64,000 nucleotides of DNA from a virus: IMG/VR virus record IMGVR_UViG_3300040971_000026, positions 2,306 to 66,305 of that record; one strand, 5' to 3'. The position numbers were made by a program, and so were the translations under genes. Numbering within the stretch: position 1 is the first letter of the stretch; each line of letters opens with the position of its first letter. Below the pieces are notes generated by a model. It was given only the letters and a program-made list of their open reading frames with translations, had not been told where the DNA came from and ran no database searches. This document shows, piece after piece, positions 20,056 to 30,675 of the stretch.

Positions 20056-21144
20056 ATGAGATTACCACAAAATATAATCACATTTGCTAAGACTGATGAG
20101 TCTTTAAAAGCGTACAAGCAATTCAAAGATTATTACAATCATAAATTGAACAAAGTTGGTCACTTTGACTCAGCTCTGTCTTTAGAAGAAAAGAAAGAAA
20201 AATTGGACTTCGCAACTCGTGCGGAAATTGCTAGACTTTCTGGCGTAGGTTCTGTAGAGGGAATTCCAGCAGAAGTAATGGCTAGTAATCCAATGTATCA
20301 ATGGGCTGCTTTTGCAGTTGTTGGCGCTATGGTTGACGCTGTTCTTCCAGATACAATTCTTGATTCTATCGGTCTTTACACTGATTTACGTGTTGGCGGA
20401 TACGGAGATAGTTTTGCATTTGATATCGGAGCTAGGGACTTATTTGTAGTTTCTAAATATGGCAATGGTAAGCGTCACGGCGAGATTCACAAACAATTCA
20501 AAGGTCAAGTTACAATTATTCCTGAGAATCGTTTAATCACAGTCCAAACTTCTCTTTACAAAGTTTTGGCTGGCTTAGAAGATATGGCTGAATTTGCAAT
20601 GAAAGCTGCTGCTTCTATGGAAACACAAATGACTATCGACGCTTATAGCGCATTTAACACAGCTATGGAAGCACTTCCTAATACTGGAGATGCGGCTCTT
20701 AGAGTTGTTGGATATACTCAAGACGACCTAGTTGAATTATGTCAAAAAGTTACTGCATTTAATGGCGGAAGAAAAGCGGTTATCGTTGGTACTCATTTGG
20801 CAGTATCTAAGATTCTTCCAGCAGATAGTAACTATCGTTACGACATTCAATCTGACTTTGTAAAAATTGGATACGTTAAGAACTTCCACGGATTTGATGT
20901 AATGGCTCTTCCACAAGTGGCAGATGCAACTACTGATTTCCAATTAGCTTTAGATGACAACAATATTTATATTGTATCTCCATCTGGCGACAAGTTAATC
21001 AAAGGCGCATTAGAAGGTGCTACTATGTCTGTGGTTGAAGGACATCAAAGTACTGCAAATCTTACTGAGAATGTAACTATGAATAAGCGTTGGGGCTTTG
21101 CCGTTGCGACTTCTTCTATTGCAGGTCTTATCGAATTATCTTAA
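20056..21144 (+). CDS. Major capsid protein
   Basis: 362 aa, strong RBS AGGAGG, position in the head module, followed by a hairpin. Confidence 0.8.
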   Translation: MRLPQNIITFAKTDESLKAYKQFKDYYNHKLNKVGHFDSALSLEEKKEKLDFATRAEIARLSGVGSVEGIPAEVMASNPMYQWAAFAVVGAMVDAVLPDTILDSIGLYTDLRVGGYGDSFAFDIGARDLFVVSKYGNGKRHGEIHKQFKGQVTIIPENRLITVQTSLYKVLAGLEDMAEFAMKAAASMETQMTIDAYSAFNTAMEALPNTGDAALRVVGYTQDDLVELCQKVTAFNGGRKAVIVGTHLAVSKILPADSNYRYDIQSDFVKIGYVKNFHGFDVMALPQVADATTDFQLALDDNNIYIVSPSGDKLIKGALEGATMSVVEGHQSTANLTENVTMNKRWGFAVATSSIAGLIELS

Positions 21145-21157
21145 TTTAATTACTTCA

Positions 21158-21183
21158 AGAGAGGGTAGAATCTTGCCCTCTCT
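21158..21183 (+). terminator. Hairpin after the MCP gene
   Basis: AGAGAGGGTA...TGCCCTCTCT stem. Confidence 0.6.
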
Positions 21184-21215
21184 ATTATAAAACTTTTGAA
21201 AGGATTGATTTTGAA

Positions 21216-21878
21216 ATGGCAAAACTAAAATCTGAAATTGAAGCCGAAAATCTGGCTTTAGCTAAGAAAAACAAAGAACTAGAAAAGCAAAAAAATAGCT
21301 TAGAGAATAAAATGGATGAGTTAGAAGCTATGATGAAGAAGTTAATGGAGCAACCCAAGGTTGAACCAAGGGAAATAGCATCAGAGGTTCAATCAAATAC
21401 AATAATGCCTATTGCTTCAAATGAATACGTGAGAGTTACGTCATTAACCAATGGTAAATTAAACTTATCAACTAAAGGCAGTGGTCGTGGAACTGTATTT
21501 ACATTTATGGGATTTGGTCAAACCAAAAATATAACCTATGAGAATTTAGAAAATATTGTAAATAATAATAGAAAAATGGCAGAAAATGGCTTATTCTATA
21601 TTCAAAATGAAAAAGCTGTAAGAGATTTGATGTTAGATGAGTTCTACAAGAATATCTTAGACGAAGACGCCATCAACGCCATCGTTAAAGGCGACGGAGT
21701 AAATATCTCAGAGGTATTCTCTTTGGCTAGCAAAAAACAGCAAGACCAGATAGTTAATTTAATCATAAAAGGCGCTGTAGCTGGTGGTAATATTGATTAT
21801 AATGAAATTAATAAGATTTCAGAGCTATATGGCAAAGATTTAATGAATATGATTTCAGAGGCAAAATCTTTTAAATAG
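21216..21878 (+). CDS. Head-module protein (YonA-like position)
   Basis: 220 aa, N-terminal coiled coil; synteny. Confidence 0.55.
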   Translation: MAKLKSEIEAENLALAKKNKELEKQKNSLENKMDELEAMMKKLMEQPKVEPREIASEVQSNTIMPIASNEYVRVTSLTNGKLNLSTKGSGRGTVFTFMGFGQTKNITYENLENIVNNNRKMAENGLFYIQNEKAVRDLMLDEFYKNILDEDAINAIVKGDGVNISEVFSLASKKQQDQIVNLIIKGAVAGGNIDYNEINKISELYGKDLMNMISEAKSFK

Positions 21879-21908
21879 GTAGTATTGTAGGTTTGGGGAG
21901 GTGGCTTC

Positions 21909-22364
21909 ATGGCAACATTGTATGATGAGATATATGATTTAGCCCTCGTCACGATTCGTGACTATAAGTTGGATGAATTATATACTTTAAGCCCAACAGA
22001 TTTTGGGACGTATATGGAAGGATTTTTAATCAGAGCTATCCCCAAGTTTACAAATTGCTCAACCAACTTGGATGATAGAGATGATACTCTAAAAAAATTT
22101 AATAATACATTATCTGGAATAGAAAAAAATATATTAGCTGAATTAACTATAATTACGTGGTTTGAACGAGAAGTGCAAAACGTAACACAGTTCAATTTGC
22201 ATTTGAATGATACTGATTTCAAACGATATGCTGAGTCTAATAATTTAAAAGAAAAGCAGAACTATCTTGCTCATCTAAGAGAAGTTGTGGCACAGGATAT
22301 GGTTTCATATGAGTTAAAACAAGTTGATTGGTCTGCATGGGCTAATGGCAACTTCGGATTGTAG
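21909..22364 (+). CDS. Putative head-tail adaptor
   Basis: 151 aa, helical; synteny. Confidence 0.55.
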   Translation: MATLYDEIYDLALVTIRDYKLDELYTLSPTDFGTYMEGFLIRAIPKFTNCSTNLDDRDDTLKKFNNTLSGIEKNILAELTIITWFEREVQNVTQFNLHLNDTDFKRYAESNNLKEKQNYLAHLREVVAQDMVSYELKQVDWSAWANGNFGL

Positions 22365-22372
22365 GTGGTATT

Positions 22373-23623
22373 GTGGCTTTAAGTTTTTATGATGCTTACG
22401 TAGATAATTTAGCAAAATCTCCCAAAGAAGAGTATTTGAGCGAAATGAGCAGCTTAGTTAAATCTGACTTTGCAAATTCCACATCTGTGGACACGGTATT
22501 AGAAGAAACTTCTCGTGGAAGTGGATTATACGAAGAGGTTGATGTTAGATTAACTAGGGTTATAGACCCAAAAACTGGTGGCAAACAAGGCGACGATTGG
22601 CGAAAAATCACCTACGGTGAATTAGTAGACGATAAAATGGGTCTTTTATATCAATTCTTTGATTCTTATTGGTTGGTAGTTAATGGAGATTTATCTGGTA
22701 TGCCTACATCGAGCGTTATTGCCACTAAGTGTAATGAAGAATTAAAATGGTATGATGAATATGGCGTTTATAGAGAAATTCCAATTCCATTAATATCCTC
22801 TGATGCTAGAATGTTGCTTGCCGGAAATAAATATATGGAGTTAGCTAGTGGGCAACGTGATTCATTTGTCCAATTAAATGATTATACCAAGTTTTTACAA
22901 GATGGTCAAGAGTTTATATTTGGCAGACCAGAAATGCGTACAAAATACAGAATAGTACATCAAGATGACTCCGAATCATGTGAGTTAATAGGGCTTAGGC
23001 TTGAGAGGTATCAAGTCAATCCAGAAGTGGATAATTTGGAATTAGGCATAGCAAATTACGTTGACAGACCAAGGTTTTCATTAACTGTGCTTAATAGTGA
23101 CAGTGAGTTGGCTGTTTCTAACTCCTTGCAAATTAAGTATAGCATATTAGACAAAGATAGTCAACAAGTAAATCAAGATGTTGTTTTCACTTCTAGCGAT
23201 GAAGATGTTTTGACAGTAGACTCTAATGGACTAGTTACCGCTGTTGCAGAAGGTATTGCAACTATTGATGTTAGTATGGCTAAGAATAAAGATGTTTCGG
23301 ATGAATTAATATTATATGTAGTTGCTGTTCCATCTAGTAATGAGTACCTTAAAGTAGATAATTCTACGTTAGAAATAACAAAAACGTTTGAAGAGATTTA
23401 TACTTGGGATAAATATGATAATGGAGTTTTGTTAGCGTCTAGTTTTACATTTACGATAGATGGCTCTACTACAGCAAGTGGTTCAGATTATAAATTTACT
23501 GTAGTTGATGGTAATTCTTACAAGATAGAGTGTATTAATGAGGGTAAGAAAGTGACTGTTAATATAGCAGAGGTTGGTGGACTAACAAAACAGGTAACTT
23601 ATGACTTAGTTGGATTCTGGTAG
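22373..23623 (+). CDS. Neck/head-closure protein with Ig-like (Big_2) domain
   Basis: VVFTSSDEDVLTVDSNGLVTAVAEGIATI Big_2 signature. Confidence 0.65.
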   Translation: MALSFYDAYVDNLAKSPKEEYLSEMSSLVKSDFANSTSVDTVLEETSRGSGLYEEVDVRLTRVIDPKTGGKQGDDWRKITYGELVDDKMGLLYQFFDSYWLVVNGDLSGMPTSSVIATKCNEELKWYDEYGVYREIPIPLISSDARMLLAGNKYMELASGQRDSFVQLNDYTKFLQDGQEFIFGRPEMRTKYRIVHQDDSESCELIGLRLERYQVNPEVDNLELGIANYVDRPRFSLTVLNSDSELAVSNSLQIKYSILDKDSQQVNQDVVFTSSDEDVLTVDSNGLVTAVAEGIATIDVSMAKNKDVSDELILYVVAVPSSNEYLKVDNSTLEITKTFEEIYTWDKYDNGVLLASSFTFTIDGSTTASGSDYKFTVVDGNSYKIECINEGKKVTVNIAEVGGLTKQVTYDLVGFW

Positions 23624-23633
23624 GGGGTATCTA

Positions 23634-24179
23634 ATGGCTAGTGCAGATAATAATTATCATTATTCGTTAGAGGGTGTAGACCTACTTCCTTCTGGTATTG
23701 TTGAAAAGTTAATAAGAAATGATGAGTTGTTTAGACTGTTGAAATATAACGACAATCCATATGACCCATTAAAAACAATAACTATCGCTGACAAAAAAGC
23801 AATACTAAATCAAGATATTGGCAATTCCAGTAGAAGGATATATTTTACGGCTTTTAATGATTTCGTAATAGATTCAGAAGAAACTCAGCTTAGAATATAT
23901 AATTGTGGATTTAGACCTAGAAATAATGTTTTGGTTGCTCAATATGTTGGTGTGGATGTAGTGTGTCATAATAAGTTAATAACAATAAAAGACGCAGACG
24001 GAAGAGATAGCGATAGGCTAGTTAAGATTTTACAAATTCTAATGATTGAATTAAATGGTAATACTATAAAGGGTGGGATAGGTGTTTTAACACCAATCGA
24101 AAATAGGGAAGTTCCCTTGCTATCATTTAATGATAATTTTCAAGGATATAGACTAAAAATGGAAATTGCAGGTGATTAA
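23634..24179 (+). CDS. Putative tail terminator/neck protein
   Basis: ATG at 23634 after GGGGG; synteny. Confidence 0.5.
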   Translation: MASADNNYHYSLEGVDLLPSGIVEKLIRNDELFRLLKYNDNPYDPLKTITIADKKAILNQDIGNSSRRIYFTAFNDFVIDSEETQLRIYNCGFRPRNNVLVAQYVGVDVVCHNKLITIKDADGRDSDRLVKILQILMIELNGNTIKGGIGVLTPIENREVPLLSFNDNFQGYRLKMEIAGD

Positions 24180-24181
24180 TT

Positions 24182-24919
24182 ATGAGTTTCGAGTTCGATG
24201 AATATGAAAATATATTCGGACATCCACAAGTATATAAGAGCCTTAAGCTGTTTCCAGTTAGAGTAAAAGATATGCGAGAGTTTAATTCGTCTATTGATGT
24301 TTTAACAGAGATGAAAAATTGGTCAAACGATACTGGCATAATAAAAATGTCATATTTGAAGTACCTCTATTTCAATTTAGACATAGAATCTAAGATGTAT
24401 ATAGCTGGGAAACTAGATGTAAAAAGAAAGACTGAAAAACTTAATTCTATATTTAGATTGTGTTTGGGAGAGAACACTTCTTATAAATTTGTTCCACACA
24501 AGAAGGATATTAAAATAGAAATAAATGGTAAGTCTTTTACATCAAAAGGGTTTGACGAAATAAGAGAGATAATATTTAAGCAAAATAAAATCACGCACGA
24601 CGATTTTATGTCTGAAGACTTCGCAAAAGAGTTTTCTAGGTTTGTAAAACTAAAACAAAAGAATCCCCCTACAGTTGAAGAGTTGATAGTTTCTTATAGG
24701 GTAGCAATGAAATTGCCCTACGAGGAAATATATAATCTAACTGTACATCAGTTGTACACAGATTTGCAAAGATATCAACTATTAAAGAACTTTGAGGTAT
24801 ATACTTATCCAATGTTAAAATCTGGCAAAGAGAGCGAATATTGGATTAAACACGTAGATAACAACCCGTATGGGGGAATGTTCTGCGGAGTAGATGACAT
24901 TGCTAACAAAATCAATTAA
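24182..24919 (+). CDS. Tail-module hypothetical protein
   Basis: 245-aa ORF before the tail tube gene. Confidence 0.55.
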   Translation: MSFEFDEYENIFGHPQVYKSLKLFPVRVKDMREFNSSIDVLTEMKNWSNDTGIIKMSYLKYLYFNLDIESKMYIAGKLDVKRKTEKLNSIFRLCLGENTSYKFVPHKKDIKIEINGKSFTSKGFDEIREIIFKQNKITHDDFMSEDFAKEFSRFVKLKQKNPPTVEELIVSYRVAMKLPYEEIYNLTVHQLYTDLQRYQLLKNFEVYTYPMLKSGKESEYWIKHVDNNPYGGMFCGVDDIANKIN

Positions 24920-24936
24920 AAGGAAGGTGCTAAAAT

Positions 24937-25947
24937 ATGAAAGAATTTATATTAACAGTTGGTACTGCTGAATTATATCAAGACGACGTACTAGTTTTAA
25001 CATCGGATACCGAAACAAGTAATACAATTACACAGTCAGTAAATACACAAGAGATAAGGGCTGGAGAACTAGCTCAGCTTGTTTTTGAGTATAGTTTGGA
25101 AAAAACTCTAGAGGCCACCCTGAATGATGCTAGATGGATTCCTGAATTTGTGGCATTCAACAACGGTTCTACATTTATAAATGAATTAGTAGACTCTTAT
25201 GTAAGCGAAATAGTTACATTAACTGCTGATGCTGGAACAGTGACAGGCGGTACTCCTGAAGGTGATTTGTTTGTGGTTAGAGCTAGCGGCTCAATCCAAA
25301 CAGTGTCTCCTAGCGGAAATAATTTCACAGTAACTGGTGCTGGTGATGAGGTTGTAAATGTAAAATATAGAACTAATAAGTCGGTTGACAGACTTCAAAT
25401 CGAAGCCGATAAATACGCCGGGACATTTAAGCTCTTAATCAGAAATAAGATATTTTCGGATGAAAAAGGACAGGGCAGCCCTGTGGGAGAACTTATCACG
25501 GTTATTCCTCAATGGAAAGTAACAGGGAACATGGAAATGACATTTGATATGAGTACTCCTCTAACATCAACCATGGCGGGTAAGGCGTTGGCATATAAAG
25601 ACCCTACAAATGGAAAGAACATTTACGCAGAGCTTATTATAGATAAAACTTTGGATGCTCAATATGCAGATATTGTCAATCTATTTGCAATTCCGGACTC
25701 AGTAGGATTAGACCTAAGCGAAGGTGAAGACCAACAAATTACAACTATTGGTATTCGTGGAAATGGTCAAACCAACATTCAAAACCCAGAAGGTGTTACA
25801 TTTACTTCTGATGACGAATTAGTAGCGACTGTAACTGCCGGTGGATTAATTGAATCTGTTGGAATAGGCGTTTGTACAATCACTTGTGAATTAGTAGTTG
25901 GTACTAGTACTTATACAGATACTATTGATGTTGAAGTAATAGCTTAA
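24937..25947 (+). CDS. Major tail (tube) protein with C-terminal Ig-like domain
   Basis: 336 aa, Thr/Gly-rich; VTFTSDDELVATVTAGGLIESVGIG Big_2 signature. Confidence 0.75.
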   Translation: MKEFILTVGTAELYQDDVLVLTSDTETSNTITQSVNTQEIRAGELAQLVFEYSLEKTLEATLNDARWIPEFVAFNNGSTFINELVDSYVSEIVTLTADAGTVTGGTPEGDLFVVRASGSIQTVSPSGNNFTVTGAGDEVVNVKYRTNKSVDRLQIEADKYAGTFKLLIRNKIFSDEKGQGSPVGELITVIPQWKVTGNMEMTFDMSTPLTSTMAGKALAYKDPTNGKNIYAELIIDKTLDAQYADIVNLFAIPDSVGLDLSEGEDQQITTIGIRGNGQTNIQNPEGVTFTSDDELVATVTAGGLIESVGIGVCTITCELVVGTSTYTDTIDVEVIA

Positions 25948-26003
25948 TATTGATATACGCAGAGCATCACAGAGTCTTGTGATGTTTTGTAATATGTTAA
26001 TAT
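25946..26003 (+). other. Long intergenic hairpin after the tail tube gene
   Basis: ATATTGATATA-CGCAGAGCATCACA...TGTGATGTTTTGT-AATATGTTAATAT. Confidence 0.5.
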
Positions 26004-26014
26004 CAAGTTGAAAG

Positions 26015-27337
26015 GTGGTGGAATTCTTGTTTAGTGGAAATAATGAACTAATAGATTATTATGCTCAAATAGCCGGAATTACGAACGAGGGATTTTCTAG
26101 AATATTAAAAACAGATGCACATGGGCAACTTAGGGCAAGTGGCACAGATATTGGAAATAGAAATTCATTTGTAACTACGTTTGGTCAAGTTGTAACCAGC
26201 CAAAAGGACACACAGATTTCAGAACAATTTGCATATGGATTGCCTGGAACCGGAGTTTTAAGTGGGACGACTGGAACTGGTGAAATTGCTACTGAAGATT
26301 CATTGTTAAAAATAAGGAATACTGGTTCTGGCGATGGTACAGCCTATGTTCAAAGTTTGCAATGTGTAAGGTATATACCAGGTTCAATGGCCTATTTATA
26401 CTTCACCGTATCTGGACTTCCATATGGTGTTGACGGGGCAAATGCTTGGTGTGGATTATTCGATGACGAGGATGGCTTTGCCATAGGTATGCAGGATGGA
26501 GTTCCATCATTATTAAGAAGAAGGTATAATGGCATAGATGCGGATGATTATATCATAAGCATAGACGATTTTGATGACAAGCTAGATGGAAATGGTAAAA
26601 GTGGATATACAATAAATTGGGATAAAGGACAATTATTTGCAATTATGTTCGGATATTTAGGATTTGCTCCTATATCATTTTTGGTTAAAAAGGACGATGA
26701 TGAATGGGTTGAATTCCATAAAATAAGATATCCTAATTCTAACATAGAAACGCATATATCCTTTCCGTATCTTCCAATAAGATTTGAGATTGATAACACT
26801 GGCGCAGGAGTACCTATAAGCATACATAGTGGGTCTGTGGATGCTGGTATTTTTAATGGTGGTAAAACAGATAGCACTTTCAGTTATTCATCTGTTGGGA
26901 GCGCTAGAGCTGCGAATGTTCCAATTACATCGACCGATGCTTTGATTATTGCAATAAGAGGCAAGGAAATTTTAGGAGATAGGGTAAATAAAATATCCAG
27001 TCTTTTGGATAATGTGGGAATCTCCACAGAGGGAAGTAATAGAACTGTTAGTTTTTCTGTAGTAAAAAATCCCACAGTAATAACCGACGGAACGTGGACT
27101 TCTATTTCTGATAATAGTCCACTAGAGTTTTCTACCAATACTGTGTTTAATTTAAATACTGGCAGTGGAACTGGAGTACAAACTGTAATATTTAAGGAGC
27201 AAGTATACCGTGCGACGGATTTAGATAATATAAGCGTACTATTAAGACGTGGAGAAACTCTCGTTTTTAGAATGAGGTCTGGCGCTCCTGGTGGCACAAT
27301 ATCTGATTATGTTTTTGGATTTAAGGATTTATTTTAA
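26015..27337 (+). CDS. Virion-associated beta-rich protein, possibly lectin-like
   Basis: 440 aa, Gly/Ser/Thr-rich, in the tail module. Confidence 0.5.
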   Translation: MVEFLFSGNNELIDYYAQIAGITNEGFSRILKTDAHGQLRASGTDIGNRNSFVTTFGQVVTSQKDTQISEQFAYGLPGTGVLSGTTGTGEIATEDSLLKIRNTGSGDGTAYVQSLQCVRYIPGSMAYLYFTVSGLPYGVDGANAWCGLFDDEDGFAIGMQDGVPSLLRRRYNGIDADDYIISIDDFDDKLDGNGKSGYTINWDKGQLFAIMFGYLGFAPISFLVKKDDDEWVEFHKIRYPNSNIETHISFPYLPIRFEIDNTGAGVPISIHSGSVDAGIFNGGKTDSTFSYSSVGSARAANVPITSTDALIIAIRGKEILGDRVNKISSLLDNVGISTEGSNRTVSFSVVKNPTVITDGTWTSISDNSPLEFSTNTVFNLNTGSGTGVQTVIFKEQVYRATDLDNISVLLRRGETLVFRMRSGAPGGTISDYVFGFKDLF

Positions 27338-27343
27338 ATAAAG

Positions 27344-27400
27344 AATGGGATGCTATGGTTTACTACAATTGTAGTCAATATTGTAGTGTCCTATTTTTTT
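27344..27400 (+). terminator. Long hairpin with T-tract
   Basis: AATGGGATGCTATGGT...TATTGTAGTGTCCTATT-TTTTT. Confidence 0.55.
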
Positions 27401-27429
27401 AGTATAAACGAAAGTGGTGGATATATGAC

Positions 27430-27603
27430 ATGAATGAAGATAGACAGCGTATTAAAAACTTAGAACAGGCCAATGCTTTTTTAATTAGCATGGGGTTAAA
27501 TATAAGGGTTGGAAGAACTTCAAACAATGTATTTTATGTTGAGTTCTGTAAAGATGAAGACTTTATAGAAATGATGAAGAAGTGGCAACGTTATGAATTG
27601 TAA
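27430..27603 (+). CDS. Small hypothetical protein (57 aa, not in the ORF track)
   Basis: MNEDRQRIKNLEQANAFL...KWQRYEL, after GTGGTGG, directly upstream of the recombinase. Confidence 0.6.
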   Translation: MNEDRQRIKNLEQANAFLISMGLNIRVGRTSNNVFYVEFCKDEDFIEMMKKWQRYEL

Positions 27604-27617
27604 AGGGGTGGCTTTGA

Positions 27618-28634
27618 ATGGCAGAACATGTATATAATAATTTTTTCACCCCAGAAAAATGGGAAGAAGTAAATATAGTCAATAAGGCAATAATGGATGA
27701 TTATTTACAAGAGTGTCAGCAAAGACAAATGAAAGATTCTACTATCAAACAGTATAAAAATGATTGGCGAATAGTCATGATTAAGATTATGGAAATGTTT
27801 GGTAATAAATCTATATTAGAATTAAATAAAAAGGATTGGCGAAAGTTAAGCCTTTATTTTAAAAACTCATGCGAACATTCAAACGCAAGAGTCAATAGGC
27901 TAATGTCTGCGTCTAGAAGCATGTTAGCATATTGTGAAGATGATGATGAGGATTATGAGGACTATAATACAAATACCGCAGGAAAAGTTAAGGGTCTTGG
28001 TAAAGAGAAGGTTCGAGATATTATATTTTATACCGACGAAGATATTTGCAAATTATACGATTCTCTTATGGAGAAAGAAGAATATCAAAAGGCTTGCTTG
28101 CTAATGTTGGCATATGACAGCGCCGGAAGAAAGAACGAACTATTACAAGTTAAAAAGTTTGGATTCTATAATAAAAACGTAAACGCAAGCAGTTCTGTAA
28201 TTGGCAAACGAGGGAAAGAATTTCAGTTAGTATATTTTAGCAAGACCAAAGAGGCTGCTGAATTATATTTAAAAGAGCGTGGCGAGGACGATTTAGATTT
28301 TATGTTTACTATTGGGAATGGCGATGCTTTGAGACCTATAACTGGCGAGGCTATATATGGTTGGTTTAAGAATTTTGCAAAAGAGATGGGGCAACCAGAA
28401 GGTAATGTTCACTCTATGAGACATAGTTGTTTAGAAAATCTATCCCAAGCAGTTCATACTCATTACGCTTTAAAAGAGGTTGGCAGACCAGAAGGTTTGA
28501 GTTTGGAAGAATTACAGCTTCATGCAAATCATGGGGATTCATCCACTACGGCATCGTACTTAAAAGATAAAAGTGGCGAGCAAAAACTAAGTATGTTTGG
28601 TTTTGGAATAGAATTAGAAGAAGATACTGAATGA
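27618..28634 (+). CDS. Tyrosine recombinase in the tail module (YomM-like position)
   Basis: SAGRKNE (R), GKRGK (K), HSMRH (HxxR), HANH...TTASY (H, Y). Confidence 0.85.
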   Translation: MAEHVYNNFFTPEKWEEVNIVNKAIMDDYLQECQQRQMKDSTIKQYKNDWRIVMIKIMEMFGNKSILELNKKDWRKLSLYFKNSCEHSNARVNRLMSASRSMLAYCEDDDEDYEDYNTNTAGKVKGLGKEKVRDIIFYTDEDICKLYDSLMEKEEYQKACLLMLAYDSAGRKNELLQVKKFGFYNKNVNASSSVIGKRGKEFQLVYFSKTKEAAELYLKERGEDDLDFMFTIGNGDALRPITGEAIYGWFKNFAKEMGQPEGNVHSMRHSCLENLSQAVHTHYALKEVGRPEGLSLEELQLHANHGDSSTTASYLKDKSGEQKLSMFGFGIELEEDTE

Positions 28635-28648
28635 AACACGAATTTTAT
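28631..28648. repeat. 18-bp palindromic site, copy 2
   Basis: ATGAAA-CACGAA-TTTTAT-CGTG; contains the recombinase stop codon. Confidence 0.7.
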
Positions 28649-28800
28649 CGTGTATTTTTGAATAATATATTGTAAGTTATAATAATATAATATAAGAAAA
28701 CCATAAATCTAGACGTAGATTTATATAAATTCGGGTGTGGTTTGGCTTAAACTTCCATCCTTGCCACACCCATTTCTTATGGAAGAGAAAGTGGGTATTT

Positions 28801-30135
28801 ATGAATCAGTATAAAAAATGGAGCAGAGAAGAGATAGTAGATGCAGTTCAAGCGTTTTATAAAGACAATGGTAGAAGTCCAGCATCGAGAGATTTTACAA
28901 TGGCAAATGGTATGCCGAGTATTAGCATGATTAAGTCTGTATTTGGAGAGTCTTCGGTATCTTATATTTGCAAGGTTTGCGGAATAGAGCAGATACCATA
29001 CGGGACTAACGGAACTACGGATTTTGAATGGGAAATTAAGACAACTACAAATAGAGTTAAACGGTACTGTGAAGAATGCGGTGAATTATATGATATCGTA
29101 TTGTCTCAGCATAAAAAAGGAAGCAAATGTTGCTCAGAGGAATGCTTTAAAAAATGGAATAAGAAAAATGTAAGGACAGGAGTGGACAATCCATTATTCA
29201 CTCAAAAACAGGTTGAGTGTCATACGTGTGGGGAATTGCATTATAAAAAGCCATCAAAAATAAGTGAAAATGGTTATAATTTTTGTAACAGAGAATGTTT
29301 TAACATATGGTTAAAAAGTCGGTCTCAAACAGATGAGTGGAAATTATCTAGGAGTATCATAGCAACTAACGCCTTGTGTAATGGTAGCATACCCACCATT
29401 GACACCACTCCCCATAAAATAGTTAGGGAGAATCTAGATGCTTTGAAAATAAACAGCGATTCAGAGGTTAATTTTAAATACTATGCAATAGATTTATTTT
29501 TAACAGATTATAATATACCCGTAGAGGTGATGGGTGATTATTGGCACGCCAATCATAAGATGTATTCTGAATTAAATTATAAACATCAGGTTGATAGAAT
29601 ATACAGAGATAAGGCAAAACACAATTATTTATTAAATAATCACAATATGGAAATACTGTATTTATGGGAAAATGATATTATGAATAATTTAGACGCTTGC
29701 ATTGAATTGGTTAAAAGATACATAAAGAATGGATTTCTTGAAAATTACCACTCTTTTAATTATATTATACATGATGGCAGGCTTAAAGTCAATGACAACA
29801 TAGAATTTCCATATATGGAAATGGATAAAGATTTTATAACTAGTATAACTAATTTGGATGTCATAAAAAGCAGAAGAAAACGAGATGATTCAAACTATAT
29901 AACTTTTAATTGCGAGTATTGTGGGAAAGAAAAAGAACAACTGGTATCGAAGCATAAGAACTCTAAGAATCATTTTTGTTCTTATGAATGCAATTATGCT
30001 TATTCAGGCAAATTAAATAGTGTTGAAGTAGAGTGTTTTAAATGTGGTATAAAAGTTAGAGTAAAAAATTCTGTATATAATAAAAGCACAACAAAGAGAT
30101 TTACTTGCGAGAAGTGCAAGCCAAGAAAGGGGTAA
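28801..30135 (+). CDS. Zn-finger-repeat Vsr/DUF559-like endonuclease (homing-endonuclease-like)
   Basis: N-terminal WSREEI...GRSP repeat, several CxxC...FCS..C repeats, IDL...VEVMGDYWH...RDKAK...LWE nuclease core. Confidence 0.75.
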   Translation: MNQYKKWSREEIVDAVQAFYKDNGRSPASRDFTMANGMPSISMIKSVFGESSVSYICKVCGIEQIPYGTNGTTDFEWEIKTTTNRVKRYCEECGELYDIVLSQHKKGSKCCSEECFKKWNKKNVRTGVDNPLFTQKQVECHTCGELHYKKPSKISENGYNFCNRECFNIWLKSRSQTDEWKLSRSIIATNALCNGSIPTIDTTPHKIVRENLDALKINSDSEVNFKYYAIDLFLTDYNIPVEVMGDYWHANHKMYSELNYKHQVDRIYRDKAKHNYLLNNHNMEILYLWENDIMNNLDACIELVKRYIKNGFLENYHSFNYIIHDGRLKVNDNIEFPYMEMDKDFITSITNLDVIKSRRKRDDSNYITFNCEYCGKEKEQLVSKHKNSKNHFCSYECNYAYSGKLNSVEVECFKCGIKVRVKNSVYNKSTTKRFTCEKCKPRKG

Positions 30136-30139
30136 TATT

Positions 30140-30670
30140 ATGAATATTAACGAATTTGTTAAAAATTTTGAAGATGTAATTTATGGAGGAGAATTAATTG
30201 AAATAGCTTCTCTTTCAATTAGAGTTAAAAGGTACATTCCCATAGAGCAGAAAATTGGACTTGCAAATAGGTTATTCAATATGCTTTACAGTGATGGAAT
30301 ATTTGATTATATTAACGGGACATTCTTGATGCCTATAATGATTTTAAAAGAATACTGTGATGAATTAGAATTTCCTAAAAATATAGAGGATTTAGATGCT
30401 ACGGGATTTTATGATACACTGTGTGTGTCTGGGGCGATGGATGAAATAAATTTAAAATTAGGTAAAGAAATTTTAGAAATAAAAGAATTGGTAGAGAAGT
30501 TTGTGCTAATCAATAATACAAAAGAACAAATGAAAAATCCATTAATGGATTTACTTGGTGATGCAATGAGTAAAACGCCAGAAGATATTGAGGCTATGCG
30601 AAAACAAGCTAATGAATTGATGGCAGATGAAAATATCAAGAATATGCTGGAGTTTAAAAATAGAGGGTGA
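30140..30670 (+). CDS. Tail-module protein, possibly an assembly chaperone
   Basis: 176 aa upstream of the tape measure gene. Confidence 0.5.
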   Translation: MNINEFVKNFEDVIYGGELIEIASLSIRVKRYIPIEQKIGLANRLFNMLYSDGIFDYINGTFLMPIMILKEYCDELEFPKNIEDLDATGFYDTLCVSGAMDEINLKLGKEILEIKELVEKFVLINNTKEQMKNPLMDLLGDAMSKTPEDIEAMRKQANELMADENIKNMLEFKNRG

Positions 30671-30675
30671 TGTAA

